Shown piece by piece: positions 21,359-30,761 of a stretch of 58,215 nucleotides of DNA; position 1 is the first letter of the stretch, and every line of letters begins with the position of its first letter. A program made the translations under genes and the position numbers. The stretch spans positions 1 through 58,215 of the forward strand of contig JACOYI010000002.1 in assembly GCA_016181935.1 (NCBI GenBank), in the 5' to 3' direction. The stretch comes from Candidatus Niyogibacteria bacterium (GTDB lineage: Bacteria; Patescibacteriota; Minisyncoccia; HO2-45-28). The notes under the pieces are model-generated. The model did no database searches and was not told the DNA's origin. It worked only from the letters and a program-made list of their open reading frames with translations.

Positions 21359-21724
21359 ATGGGAGCAACGCAAAAGAAAAAAGCATACATATTCTTTCTG
21401 GGCGCCGCAAATGCTGTGCCGTTGTTGGTGTCCGCCCAGCTGCCGTCCGAAGTTACGAATTTTTCCACTCGGTTAAACGCAGTTTTTACCGGTATCATCG
21501 GGATCATCATCGCCCTTGCGGGACTTGTGTTCCTTTGGGGCGTTTTTAAATTCGTATCCGCGGCCGGAGATGAAAAAGCGCGCGAAATCGGCCGGCAATT
21601 CATTATCTGGGGGCTTATCGGACTTACCGTTATGTTCGTATTTTGGGCGCTCGTGAGTATTTTGGTCGAATTTATCGGGGGCCAAGGAACCATTCCCGAC
21701 CTGCCGACCCCCCCAAGAAACTAA
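21359..21724 (+). CDS. VirB2/TrbC-like pilin 5
   Basis: Paralog of pilins 3 and 4. Confidence 0.8.
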   Translation: MGATQKKKAYIFFLGAANAVPLLVSAQLPSEVTNFSTRLNAVFTGIIGIIIALAGLVFLWGVFKFVSAAGDEKAREIGRQFIIWGLIGLTVMFVFWALVSILVEFIGGQGTIPDLPTPPRN

Positions 21725-21726
21725 CC

Positions 21727-21981
21727 ATGACATTTGAAGCGCTCATCACAAAAATCACGACCGGAATCATCGACCCCTTGGTAGGACTTATGGTCGCGGT
21801 GGCGGGGCTGGTTTTTCTCTGGGGGGTCGTGGAATTCATCGCCAAAGCGGACAATGAAACCGCGCGGGCAAAAGGAAAACAGCATATCATCTGGGGATTG
21901 GTAGGGCTTACCATCATGTTTACGGTCTGGGGGCTTGTTCGGATTCTCTGCGATTTTCTTGACGTTTCCTGCAATAGCTAA
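21727..21981 (+). CDS. VirB2/TrbC-like pilin 6 (no signal segment)
   Basis: MTFEALI..FLWGVVEFIAKADNETARAKGKQHIIWGLVG. Confidence 0.78.
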   Translation: MTFEALITKITTGIIDPLVGLMVAVAGLVFLWGVVEFIAKADNETARAKGKQHIIWGLVGLTIMFTVWGLVRILCDFLDVSCNS

Positions 21982-21998
21982 GTTAAATCAGTATTCGA

Positions 21999-22460
21999 TC
22001 AGAATAATTTCGTTTCTTGCCGATCGAGTTCGCGGTTGACCAAACGGTCAGCCGCGCGGTTTTTTTCTCGGGGAATGGATTCAAAATCCACACTCCCGAA
22101 ATCCATTTTTAGATTCCACACTTTCATAAAAAGTTGGGCGAGGCGCTCCTCCTCCACTTTATATCGCCCCATGAGCTGGCGCGCGATCAGTTCCGAATCC
22201 ACGCGGAAATGCACGGCCATTTCTTTGGTCTTTCCTTTTCCGAAAAGCTGTTTTGCCTTCTTGAGCGCCAAAATCACGGCTTCATATTCGGCCTCGTTGT
22301 TGGTCCGCTCTCCCAAATAGTGCGAGTATTCCTTGAGCATTTTTCCGGACGCATCCTGGATCACCGCGCCAACCGCCGCCGGACCGGGATTTCCGCGGGC
22401 TCCGCCATCCGTATAAATAATGAGTGTATGAGGCTCGGCCTCGTACAATTTAAATTTCAT
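21999..22460 (-). CDS. rnhA: Ribonuclease HI family protein
   Basis: YTDGGARGNPGPA, TNNEAEY, DSELI, N..ADRL. Confidence 0.93.
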   Translation of the reverse strand: MKFKLYEAEPHTLIIYTDGGARGNPGPAAVGAVIQDASGKMLKEYSHYLGERTNNEAEYEAVILALKKAKQLFGKGKTKEMAVHFRVDSELIARQLMGRYKVEEERLAQLFMKVWNLKMDFGSVDFESIPREKNRAADRLVNRELDRQETKLF

Positions 22461-24160
22461 ATCTTTTTGAAATCCACGATGCGCAATCGTAATTCATCAT
22501 ACCCGCGAAATGTGGAATATTCGAGGGTCGCGGCAAGGTCGATGCGATCCCCCATCTTCACCGGGTCCCCGTGATCCGACGTAAAAAACCCGACCGCGCG
22601 CACCGTGTTGCCGCCCGAATTCCTGAATGAAAATTCGAGATGGATCCCGCCATTGCCGAATGTTTTGGCTCCCGCGACCGAAAGCGCGCGGAACCAAAAG
22701 ACCGGCTTCGGGTTTTCCATACCGCATGGTTCGAACCGCGAAACCATCGCGAGCGTGCGCGAATTCACGTCATCGAGTAGCATTTCTTTCTCGAGCGCGA
22801 GTTCCGTGTGCGCATTCTCTCCTTTCGGCATGCGTTCGTAAGCCGCGCGCATGCGCGCATCCAATTCCCCCACATGTTCATCCCGCACGGAAAAACCGCC
22901 CGCAATGGGATGGCCCCCGAAATCAATGAACAGATCTTCGCCGGCTTCCCGCATCCAATCTACGGTGCTGACCGTGCCGTCGGACCGAATGGACCCGCGC
23001 ACCACCTCGCTTCCTTTGCGTCCCCACAGCACCACCGGACAGGCGAACGTTTCGAGGAACCGGTTCGCGGCAATGGATAGAACGCCCGGTTGCCAGCGCT
23101 CATCGCCTAAAATAATGAGCGGCGGAACGTTCGGGCCGAATTTTTGCTTGGCGGATTCAAGGACCTCGCCGACCAATGCTTTCCGCTCCGCGATCAGATT
23201 CTCGAGCCTACAGGCAAAGGTTTCCGCTTCAAGCGCCATCCGAGCCGCAAGAAGCGAACCCGCGATCGTTGCGTGCTCCATCCGGCCGGCGACATTGATG
23301 CGCGGGGCGACGGTAAACCCGATGTCGGTCGCCGAAACATGCGCGAGGTCGAGCGATGCGGCACGCGCGAGTGCGGCAAGTCCGGCCCGGCGCCCTCTTT
23401 TCATCACTTCAAGCCCCCAGTAAACGAGCGCGTGGTTCTCGCCCGTGAGCGGTACCATATCGGCGACCGACGCGATCGCGACGAGGTCCAAGAGCCACTT
23501 TTCCCATCCGGGGACAAGTCCGAACGAATTTTTCTTGAGAATGGCCTGCACGGTTTTGAATGCGAGTCCGGTCCCGCACAATCCCGTGAATGGATAGGTC
23601 TCATCCTCTTGACGAGGATCAAGGATAGCGTAGGCGGGCGGCCATTTCGGCGGCACCAAATGATGATCAATGACGATGACGTTGATGCCGCGCCCCTCTG
23701 CATCCGCGATCTCGTCAAAACTCGTGACCCCCGTATCCACGGTGATGATGAGGTTCGCGTTTTTTTCAAAGAGCGCGTCCAGCGCCTTTCGGGTGAGCCC
23801 GTATCCCTCCTTGAAACGGTCGGGGTTGTAGACCTCGAAATGCGCATATCCCGCGGCGCGGAAAAAATCGGCGAATACGGCGGCCCCGCAAACGCCATCC
23901 GCGTCATAATCGCCGAACACGATGATTTTTTCTTTCTTCTCGATCGCGCATAAAATCCGGTCTACGGCGCGCTCCATTCCTTTCATCCGGAATGGATCGT
24001 GCGTATCGCGCAAATAATCCGGATTCAAAAACCGCTCTGCGTCTTCTTTTTTGGAAATTCCGCGATTCCATAAGAGTTGACGCGTGCAGTCGTCATACGA
24101 TCCGAATTCCCGCGCGATATCGTCCGGATACCGCTCTTTCAACATCCAGGTCTTTTTCAT
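22457..24160 (-). CDS. recJ: ssDNA exonuclease RecJ
   Basis: GDYDADG, TVDTG, DHH, ADMVPL, PRINVAGR, GGH. Confidence 0.96.
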   Translation of the reverse strand: MKKTWMLKERYPDDIAREFGSYDDCTRQLLWNRGISKKEDAERFLNPDYLRDTHDPFRMKGMERAVDRILCAIEKKEKIIVFGDYDADGVCGAAVFADFFRAAGYAHFEVYNPDRFKEGYGLTRKALDALFEKNANLIITVDTGVTSFDEIADAEGRGINVIVIDHHLVPPKWPPAYAILDPRQEDETYPFTGLCGTGLAFKTVQAILKKNSFGLVPGWEKWLLDLVAIASVADMVPLTGENHALVYWGLEVMKRGRRAGLAALARAASLDLAHVSATDIGFTVAPRINVAGRMEHATIAGSLLAARMALEAETFACRLENLIAERKALVGEVLESAKQKFGPNVPPLIILGDERWQPGVLSIAANRFLETFACPVVLWGRKGSEVVRGSIRSDGTVSTVDWMREAGEDLFIDFGGHPIAGGFSVRDEHVGELDARMRAAYERMPKGENAHTELALEKEMLLDDVNSRTLAMVSRFEPCGMENPKPVFWFRALSVAGAKTFGNGGIHLEFSFRNSGGNTVRAVGFFTSDHGDPVKMGDRIDLAATLEYSTFRGYDELRLRIVDFKKI

Positions 24161-24189
24161 AATAAATACGCATTGGGCTGGCCATCGGA

Positions 24190-24290
24190 ATTCTCAATTT
24201 CCAATTTCCAATTTTTAAATAAATCGTAATTTTTAATTCTTAAAAATTTAAGCATTAGAAATTATTTAGAAATTAAAAAATAAAAATTAA
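24190..24290. repeat. AT-rich heptamer-repeat imperfect inverted repeat
   Basis: caatttccaatttccaattttt...atttagaaattaaaaaataaaaatt. Confidence 0.55.
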
Positions 24291-25423
24291 CTTTTTGGAT
24301 TTCTGCGGGCGAGCGCTTCGATCCCCGGCAAGGTCTCCGAGACCAAAAAAGCAAGCATGGCGCCGCCGCCCGTGGAAACAAAGGAAAAGCGATCGAGATA
24401 CCCCCATTCGCGAAGAAAACTCACCGTTTCCCCGCCGCCCACGACGACTTGGGCGCCCGAATTTGCGAACGCCTCGGCCAATGCCTTTGTTCCGTCCACA
24501 AATCCCTTTTCGCAATATCCCACGGGACCGTTCCAGAGAATGAATTTACTGCCTTTGGCGTACTGCGCGATCAGCGCCGTGGTTTCAGGACCCAGATCAT
24601 AGATCATATCCCCTGCTTGGATCGCCGCGGATTCCACGACCAGTCGTTTCCCGCCTCTCTCCACCGCGACATCCAACGGCGTTATGATCGTCGGGGCATT
24701 CGCGAATTTCTCCATAACCGCGAGCTCTTCCGTTGGGGTTGTGATCGCGTCGAAACCGCGGCTTTTGAGAAGCGCCCCCGCGGCGGCGCCCCCGATCACG
24801 ATGGTGTCGGCTTTTTTCAGAAATTTTTCGACCAGCGGAACTTTGGTCGAAATTTTCTTACCGCCCAGAACAAAAAGAAAAGGGCGCGGCGGATTGAGCG
24901 CGCGCGATAAATTCTCGACCTCGGTTTGAAACAGCGGTCCCGCATACGCGGAAATATATTGCGGCACGCCGACGATCGAGGCGTGCTTCCGATGCGATGC
25001 GCTAAAGGCCTCATTCACGTAAAAATCGCCGAAGGATGCGAGGCGGCGCGCGAATTCCGAAGTGTTCGCCGTCTCTCCGTCGTCGAGGCGCAAATTTTCG
25101 AGCATCAGCACCTCCCCTGCGGATAAAGCGCGCACCGCTTCTTTGGCTTCGCTGCCCGCAACATCCGCAATGAAACGGAAATTTTTGATATGCGCCGTAC
25201 AGTGGTCCGCAATGGGTTTTAAGCTCGGCCGTTCGCCATCGGTATCCAGATGCGCCATGAGAACCACCGCGGCGCCCTGCGCCTGCAGTCCCTCGATCGA
25301 GGGCAGGGTACGGAGGATCCGGAAATCGTCCACGATCCTGACGCCGTCCATCGGAACATTGAAATCAACGCGCACGAGCGCGCGCTGATTTTGGATATCG
25401 GATGGGATCAAAGGAAGTTTCAT
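24287..25423 (-). CDS. pgk: Phosphoglycerate kinase
   Basis: RVDFNVP, LENLR, WNGPVG, VSTGGGA. Confidence 0.98.
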   Translation of the reverse strand: MKLPLIPSDIQNQRALVRVDFNVPMDGVRIVDDFRILRTLPSIEGLQAQGAAVVLMAHLDTDGERPSLKPIADHCTAHIKNFRFIADVAGSEAKEAVRALSAGEVLMLENLRLDDGETANTSEFARRLASFGDFYVNEAFSASHRKHASIVGVPQYISAYAGPLFQTEVENLSRALNPPRPFLFVLGGKKISTKVPLVEKFLKKADTIVIGGAAAGALLKSRGFDAITTPTEELAVMEKFANAPTIITPLDVAVERGGKRLVVESAAIQAGDMIYDLGPETTALIAQYAKGSKFILWNGPVGYCEKGFVDGTKALAEAFANSGAQVVVGGGETVSFLREWGYLDRFSFVSTGGGAMLAFLVSETLPGIEALARRNPKS

Positions 25424-25435
25424 AAATTTCGAATC

Positions 25436-25575
25436 TCAAAATCCATTTTAGAATACGCTTGAATTTCCAGCGAAATTCAAGCTCCGTCCTCGGCGCTTTG
25501 TTTTTTGATTCCGCAAAAAGTATAACCAAAAAACACCGCGCAAAGCGCCTGCGGGGCTTCTAAAATGGATTTTGA
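25436..25575. mobile_element. MITE-like structured element, family B copy 2
   Basis: Perfect 18-bp TIR tcaaaatccattttagaa/ttctaaaatggattttga between tpiA and pgk. Confidence 0.8.
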
Positions 25576-25583
25576 TTTTCTCA

Positions 25584-26318
25584 TTATATATTTTTCACGA
25601 TCGCAGAAAATTCATCCGCATCCAGCGACGCGCCGCCGACCAGAAGCCCTCCAACGCCCGCGACATTCAAAAAATCAGGGGCGTTCACCGCATTCACCGA
25701 GCCGCCGTAGAGGATCGGAATGCGAAGCGCCAAGGATTTTCCGAAAAGCTCGAGAAGGGTCCGCCGGATGTAGGTCGCCATTTCGAAAAGGTCCCGCGGC
25801 TCCACCGTTTTCCCTGTTCCGATCGCCCACACGGGTTCATAGGCGACCACCAGACGGAATGCGTGTTTCTTAGGAACGTTCAGAAGGTCCGCAAGCACTT
25901 GTTTGCGAACGATATGCTGGAAATTTTCGTCTGACCTATCGCGCTCTCCCACGCAGAGCACCGAGTAGAGATCGGAGGAGAGTGCGGCTTTTATTTTCCG
26001 ATTGATCATCGCGTCGGTCTCCCCCAATGCCCGCCGCTCCGAATGACCGATGATCGCGAACTCTGCGCCGAGTGCCGAGATCATCTCGGCGGATATCTCA
26101 CCGGTATACGCACCAGATCTTTCCCAAAATAGGTTCTGCGCGCCGAGCGCGATACGGCGGTTTTTGGGAAGCGCCACCAAAAACGGAACGGGCGGCGCCA
26201 CAACGATCTGGGCATTTTTCGCGCCCGCCGTGCCGAGAACGATGCCGGCAAATAATTTCCGGGCCGCGGCCACGGTCATCGGATTCATTTTCCAATTGGC
26301 GATAAAAAGGCGGCGCAT
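25584..26318 (-). CDS. tpiA: Triosephosphate isomerase
   Basis: NWKMN, GHSERR, AYEPVWAIGTG, YGGSV, LVGGASL. Confidence 0.98.
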   Translation of the reverse strand: MRRLFIANWKMNPMTVAAARKLFAGIVLGTAGAKNAQIVVAPPVPFLVALPKNRRIALGAQNLFWERSGAYTGEISAEMISALGAEFAIIGHSERRALGETDAMINRKIKAALSSDLYSVLCVGERDRSDENFQHIVRKQVLADLLNVPKKHAFRLVVAYEPVWAIGTGKTVEPRDLFEMATYIRRTLLELFGKSLALRIPILYGGSVNAVNAPDFLNVAGVGGLLVGGASLDADEFSAIVKNI

Positions 26319-26319
26319 G

Positions 26320-26907
26320 CTAGAAAAAGAATTTAATCGCTACAAATCCCAGCGCGATCAGAATAAAAAATGCGACAGTCAGGTCATTGAAATGCTGCTT
26401 GATGAATTCTTCCGCGCGAGAGCCAAATATAAACATCAGAAGCGCGACACCAAAAAAACGAATCCCCCGCCCGACCAGCGACGCCACGATCAGCGTCCAG
26501 AGCGAAATTTCAAAAAGACCGCCGCCAATCGTAAATACCTTATACGGAATCGGCGTAAGCGCCGCCGCAACGATTGCCAGAAATGCATTTTCCTGATACC
26601 TCGCGCCCACTGCCACCATCGCATCCGTCAAATGATAGGTTTCAATAATTGCTTTACCGATAAATTCATAAAACCCGAGCCCGATAAAATACCCCGCAAC
26701 GCCTCCCGCAGCGGATGTGGCTGTCGTAAGGAGCGCGTACCGCCACCAATACGCAGGACGCAAAAGCGTCATGATCATCAAAACGGGATCCGGCGGAATA
26801 GGAAAAAATGAGCTCTCCGCAAATGAGATCGCCGCGAGCGCCCACGCGGCGCATTTGGTATGCGCCCAGCGGATCGTCCATGTGTAAAGCCGCGACACCA
26901 TGATCAT
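26320..26907 (-). CDS. DedA/YqaA family membrane protein
   Basis: SFAESSFFPIPPD, TPIPYKVFT, GRGIRF. Confidence 0.92.
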   Translation of the reverse strand: MIMVSRLYTWTIRWAHTKCAAWALAAISFAESSFFPIPPDPVLMIMTLLRPAYWWRYALLTTATSAAGGVAGYFIGLGFYEFIGKAIIETYHLTDAMVAVGARYQENAFLAIVAAALTPIPYKVFTIGGGLFEISLWTLIVASLVGRGIRFFGVALLMFIFGSRAEEFIKQHFNDLTVAFFILIALGFVAIKFFF

Positions 26908-27941
26908 TTCGCGGCGCGCAAAGCGCCGGCCGCTTCTTCCGGAGGGATCGCGACGACCTCGATGCCGGTCCCCAACTCCAATCCCGCCCACGTGGACGTA
27001 TGCGGAAGAACTTCAATGTGCCAATGGTAATAATCGGGACCGGTCGCTTTGGCGGGCGCCGTATGAATGAAAAAATTATAATCCGGATCGTCCATGGTTT
27101 TTTTGATCTTGCGGAGGATCACGCTCAAAGCGTCTGAGAGCGCAAGACGGTCGGATGCATCTGCATTTTCAAAACGGGATTCGTGTTTCTTGGGGTAAAT
27201 GCGCATCTCATAGGAAACACGCGGCGCAAACGGCGAGAGGACAAGAAACCGGTCGTTTTCATAGACCACGCGCTCCTTTTTTTCGCGCTCCCAATCCAAC
27301 ATCGAGCAATGCACGCACCGGCCGTGCGCCGCGTAATAGGTTCGCGAACCTTCGAGCGATCTCGACACGTCCGGCGGAATGATGGGAAGCGCAATGAGCT
27401 GGGAATGCGGATGATAGACCGTGGCGCCGGCGGCCGGCCCTTGGTTATGAAATATCAGAATGTATTCGATGCAGGGCTCGCGCTGAAGGGCGCGGTAGCG
27501 CTCCTGATAGGCATAGAGCACGGTTTCCGCTTCTTCGGGCGTCATCTCCGAAACACGGCGGTCATGATCGCGCGTAATGATGATCTCATGGAAACCGACG
27601 CCCGACATCCGTTGATAGGAACCATCGCCTTCTATTTGCGGACAGTCGCGATGCGGACGCAACGCCGGAAATTTATTCGGAGCGATCCAGACCCACCAAT
27701 CCTTTGCATCCGGCTCGCCGCTTCCCGTGCGCTTCGGATGCGGAAGCCACAGCAATGGAACGCCGTTGCCGGAGGCCTGTGGGTCATCGAATGGACATTC
27801 CTTCACCGCGCTCGACAATCGATCGCGATGAGCGACTTTGGCGCGAGGGCGTTTTTGGCGCCCCGACGCCACCAAGATCCAATCCCCCGACACGGGATCG
27901 CGGCGGAATTCAGACCCCGGAACCGGACCTTTTTTTGTCAT
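26904..27941 (-). CDS. galT: Galactose-1-phosphate uridylyltransferase family protein
   Basis: RRDP..W, CPF, NKFPAL, GATVYHPHSQ, HWHIE. Confidence 0.92.
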   Translation of the reverse strand: MTKKGPVPGSEFRRDPVSGDWILVASGRQKRPRAKVAHRDRLSSAVKECPFDDPQASGNGVPLLWLPHPKRTGSGEPDAKDWWVWIAPNKFPALRPHRDCPQIEGDGSYQRMSGVGFHEIIITRDHDRRVSEMTPEEAETVLYAYQERYRALQREPCIEYILIFHNQGPAAGATVYHPHSQLIALPIIPPDVSRSLEGSRTYYAAHGRCVHCSMLDWEREKKERVVYENDRFLVLSPFAPRVSYEMRIYPKKHESRFENADASDRLALSDALSVILRKIKKTMDDPDYNFFIHTAPAKATGPDYYHWHIEVLPHTSTWAGLELGTGIEVVAIPPEEAAGALRAAK

Positions 27942-27949
27942 AAAAGTTT

Positions 27950-28105
27950 AGAACTCATTTCAAAACCGTTGATCGAAACGAGCGCATGCTGCGAGTAGGA
28001 TTCTCGGAGCGCGACGGCGCGAGAGTAAGCCGATTTTTCAGCAGAAAAATACGGCGTGCCTACTCGCAGTATGCGCGAGAGAAGAGAAATTTTGAAATGA
28101 GTTCT
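27950..28105. mobile_element. 156-bp MITE-like element, family A copy 2
   Basis: Near-identical to 19683-19838, TA at both ends. Confidence 0.85.
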
Positions 28106-28107
28106 AG

Positions 28108-28851
28108 TCATAGCGCATACCGTTTAGCCAATAAGTTCAGACGCACCATTACCGTTTCCCACAATACATGAAAATACGTCGAGAACCGCACATGGCTCAC
28201 GGGGTCGTTGATCCAATAGACCGGAATGATGCCAATGCGATACCCGAATTTCCGCGCAAGCGCCAATGCCTCGACATCGAATCCCCATCCGGAAATGCGC
28301 TGGCGCGAAAAAATTTTTTGGGCCGCTTCGTCACGAAACGCCTTGAAACCGCATTGCGTATCCCAAATGCCCCAAACAGCGACCAATTGGATGAAAAGAT
28401 TGCCCGCCTGTCCCATCAGGCGCTTGTACCATGCCTGCGAAACGGCTTGGCGCGCGCCCGCGGCATCCCATGGGTGACGCGAACCGATGACCACATCATA
28501 TCCTTCGTCAAAAAGCGGCCGCATTTTGTCGAAATGCGCGATATCCGTCGAATTGTCCGCATCGGTAAAAAGGCGTATCGTGCCCGACGCGCGGAGCATC
28601 CCCGCTTTCACCGCCTCCCCTTTGCCGCGATTTTCCTGTTTTGTCTGCGCGACGACCGAAAGATCCGGTATTTCACTCGCTTTCGAGCGCGCCACCTCGA
28701 CCGTCCGGTCGGTCGAACCGCCGGAAACCACGATGACTTCGGACGAAAAATCCTGCTTTTTCAGATATCCGGAAACCGCATCCAGTGTTTTTCCGATGCG
28801 GCTCTCTTCGTTATACGCGGGGATGATCACGGACAAATACGGCTTATCCAT
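28108..28851 (-). CDS. GT2 glycosyltransferase (dolichyl-phosphate glucosyltransferase-like)
   Basis: SVIIPAYNE, NRGKG, DAD, DTQCGFK, FDVE; start MDKPYL. Confidence 0.93.
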   Translation of the reverse strand: MDKPYLSVIIPAYNEESRIGKTLDAVSGYLKKQDFSSEVIVVSGGSTDRTVEVARSKASEIPDLSVVAQTKQENRGKGEAVKAGMLRASGTIRLFTDADNSTDIAHFDKMRPLFDEGYDVVIGSRHPWDAAGARQAVSQAWYKRLMGQAGNLFIQLVAVWGIWDTQCGFKAFRDEAAQKIFSRQRISGWGFDVEALALARKFGYRIGIIPVYWINDPVSHVRFSTYFHVLWETVMVRLNLLAKRYAL

Positions 28852-28875
28852 ATCGCCTATTCTATCACGCCAAAC

Positions 28876-28918
28876 CCCGAGGGTAACCCTTTTCTGATTC
28901 TTAAGGGTTACCCTCGGG
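28876..28918. repeat. REP-like palindrome, family P (GGGTAACCC variant)
   Basis: cccgagggtaaccctt...aagggttaccctcggg; overlaps the ruvX 3' end. Confidence 0.85.
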
Positions 28919-29308
28919 ATCCTTGCGGCGGTCGAGAAAGGATTGCAAAATAACGGCCGCGGAGGCGGCATCGATGTTTTTTGGCTGCATCTCACCGGTC
29001 GCGGTCCGGACCGCCGCGGAACTGTACGCCTCGTTCTCAAAATGGACGGGCAAACCGAATTCTTTCTCGAGGTTTTGAGCGAACGCGCGAACCTCGGCGG
29101 ATAACTCGGTTTCCTTGCCGTCGAGTCCGACGGGAAGGCCGATGACGATCTCGGATACGCCCTCATCGGCAACGAAACGGCCGATGAATTTTTTCAATTC
29201 CGGCCAATCGTTCGGCAAAACGATCTTAGGAAACGCGATCGCGAGCCCCTCATCCGAGAGCGCGAACCCGAGCTTTTTGGTGCCGTAATCGATCCCGAGA
29301 ATCCGCAT
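28901..29308 (-). CDS. ruvX: YqgF/RuvX pre-16S rRNA nuclease
   Basis: ILGIDYGTKKLGFALSD, IVIGLP, DAASAAVILQSFL. Confidence 0.93.
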   Translation of the reverse strand: MRILGIDYGTKKLGFALSDEGLAIAFPKIVLPNDWPELKKFIGRFVADEGVSEIVIGLPVGLDGKETELSAEVRAFAQNLEKEFGLPVHFENEAYSSAAVRTATGEMQPKNIDAASAAVILQSFLDRRKDPEGNP

Positions 29309-29311
29309 ACA

Positions 29312-30067
29312 TTATGGGCGTGTCAATACCTCCGCGCCGGTTTTCGTGATGATAAGCGTATGTTCAAAATGGCTCGCGCGGGAGCCGTCCTTGGTTTTCC
29401 ATGCCCAGCCGTCCGGCGCCACATATACTTTCGGACTGCCTTCGGTCAGCATCGGCTCGATCGCGATGACCATTCCCTCGACCAGCTTTTCGCCGGTTCC
29501 GATATTACCCCAATTCGGGATTTGCGGGTCTTCATGTACTGCAAGCCCCACGCCATGACCCACGAGTTCACGGATGACGCCGAACCCCCGCGCTTCGGCG
29601 AACGACTGCACCGCATGGCCGATATCGCCGATATGCGCCCCCGGTTTGCATACGGTAATGGCACGCTCGAGCGATTCTCTCGTCACATTATTCAGCTGTT
29701 TCGCCTTTTCATCGAGCAAACCGACGCCCACGGTCAGAGCCGCATCCGTGCAAAGCCCCTTATACCAAATGCCGAAATCCAACCCAACCAAATCGCCATT
29801 TTTCAAAACACGCTTCGAGGGCAATCCATGCACCGCTTCATCGTTCACCGACACACACAAAACCGCCGGAAATTTACGGCCGGCAACGTGATACCCCTTG
29901 AACGACGATTTTGCGCCCGCTTTTTTTATCTCGCGCGCCGCGAGCGCATCCAATTCGCGGGTCTCGACGCCGGGCTTTGCGGCTTCGGCAACCACAGATA
30001 AAATACGGGCGAGTATTCGCCCGCCTTCGCGTAAGATTTCTATTTCTTTTTGTGTTGTTGCGATCAT
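29312..30067 (-). CDS. map: Methionine aminopeptidase type I
   Basis: VNDEAVHG, GHGVG..HEDP, AIEPM, HFEHT. Confidence 0.97.
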   Translation of the reverse strand: MIATTQKEIEILREGGRILARILSVVAEAAKPGVETRELDALAAREIKKAGAKSSFKGYHVAGRKFPAVLCVSVNDEAVHGLPSKRVLKNGDLVGLDFGIWYKGLCTDAALTVGVGLLDEKAKQLNNVTRESLERAITVCKPGAHIGDIGHAVQSFAEARGFGVIRELVGHGVGLAVHEDPQIPNWGNIGTGEKLVEGMVIAIEPMLTEGSPKVYVAPDGWAWKTKDGSRASHFEHTLIITKTGAEVLTRP

Positions 30068-30669
30068 ACAAGATCAAGCGCTTTGAGAATATCGCGGTGA
30101 ATCTTTTGCTGGTCCGTCGGATTGGCGTCGATCGTGATAAGCCGGCTTTTCGATTGCGTCCGATAATACTCGAGCGCCGGAAGAACATTTTTATCGAACG
30201 CCGCAAAGCGATTCCGGATGGTCTCGGGCATATCATCCGCGCGGCCGCGGTCCATAAGACGCTGAAATGCACGCTCCCGATCCACCTCCAGATAGATGGG
30301 GCATGCCTGAAGGTTGAAAAAATTTGCGAGGTCATCCAGATCGCGCGCTTCCGAAAGCGTGCGCGGCGAGCTCGGAAAGATCACATGCTGTCCCGCTTTC
30401 AGGTTCTGCATGATTTCGTTGGCCCATTTCCAGATCGCGACGAATGACGGCGCAAAATCGCCCACGTCAAGCACTTTTTCTTTGATCAATCGCTCCGCAT
30501 AGGTCTTTTTTTTCTTCTCTGCCATTGCGCGAAATAGATCGCCGAGCGAAATCCAAAGAACCGAACCCTCGCCGTAGCGCGCCTCGAGCGCCGCCCTCAA
30601 AAGATTCGCTTGGGTATCCTTACCGCCCCCGGAAAGCGAGATCCAGCAAACCATCTTGGGTTGAGTCAT
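30064..30669 (-). CDS. adk: Adenylate/nucleoside monophosphate kinase (divergent P-loop)
   Basis: SLSGGGKDTQ, SLGDLFR, SPRT, RGRADD; between secY and map. Confidence 0.8.
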   Translation of the reverse strand: MTQPKMVCWISLSGGGKDTQANLLRAALEARYGEGSVLWISLGDLFRAMAEKKKKTYAERLIKEKVLDVGDFAPSFVAIWKWANEIMQNLKAGQHVIFPSSPRTLSEARDLDDLANFFNLQACPIYLEVDRERAFQRLMDRGRADDMPETIRNRFAAFDKNVLPALEYYRTQSKSRLITIDANPTDQQKIHRDILKALDLV

Positions 30670-30725
30670 GACTGTTCCTTTGTATGGATTATCTTTCCCC
30701 ATCCTACCCGAAGCTCCCGAAAAGT

Positions 30726-30753
30726 AAAACACCCGCCCGCTGGCGGGTGTTTT
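30726..30753 (-). terminator. Terminator after secY
   Basis: aaaacacccgcc-cgct-ggcgggtgtttt. Confidence 0.7.
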
Positions 30754-30761
30754 ACCTCGTC

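Noticed and set aside
20642-21724. Possible CRISPR array or DGR template/variable repeats
   Set aside because: Repeats are coding paralog cores, with no repeat-spacer periodicity, no evident adenine-specific pattern and no cas or reverse transcriptase gene.
28852-29172. N-terminal extension of the GT2 ORF (similarly 19611-19829, 14230-14298, 39896-39931)
   Set aside because: Overlaps ruvX or reads through repeat elements; downstream starts fit the families better.
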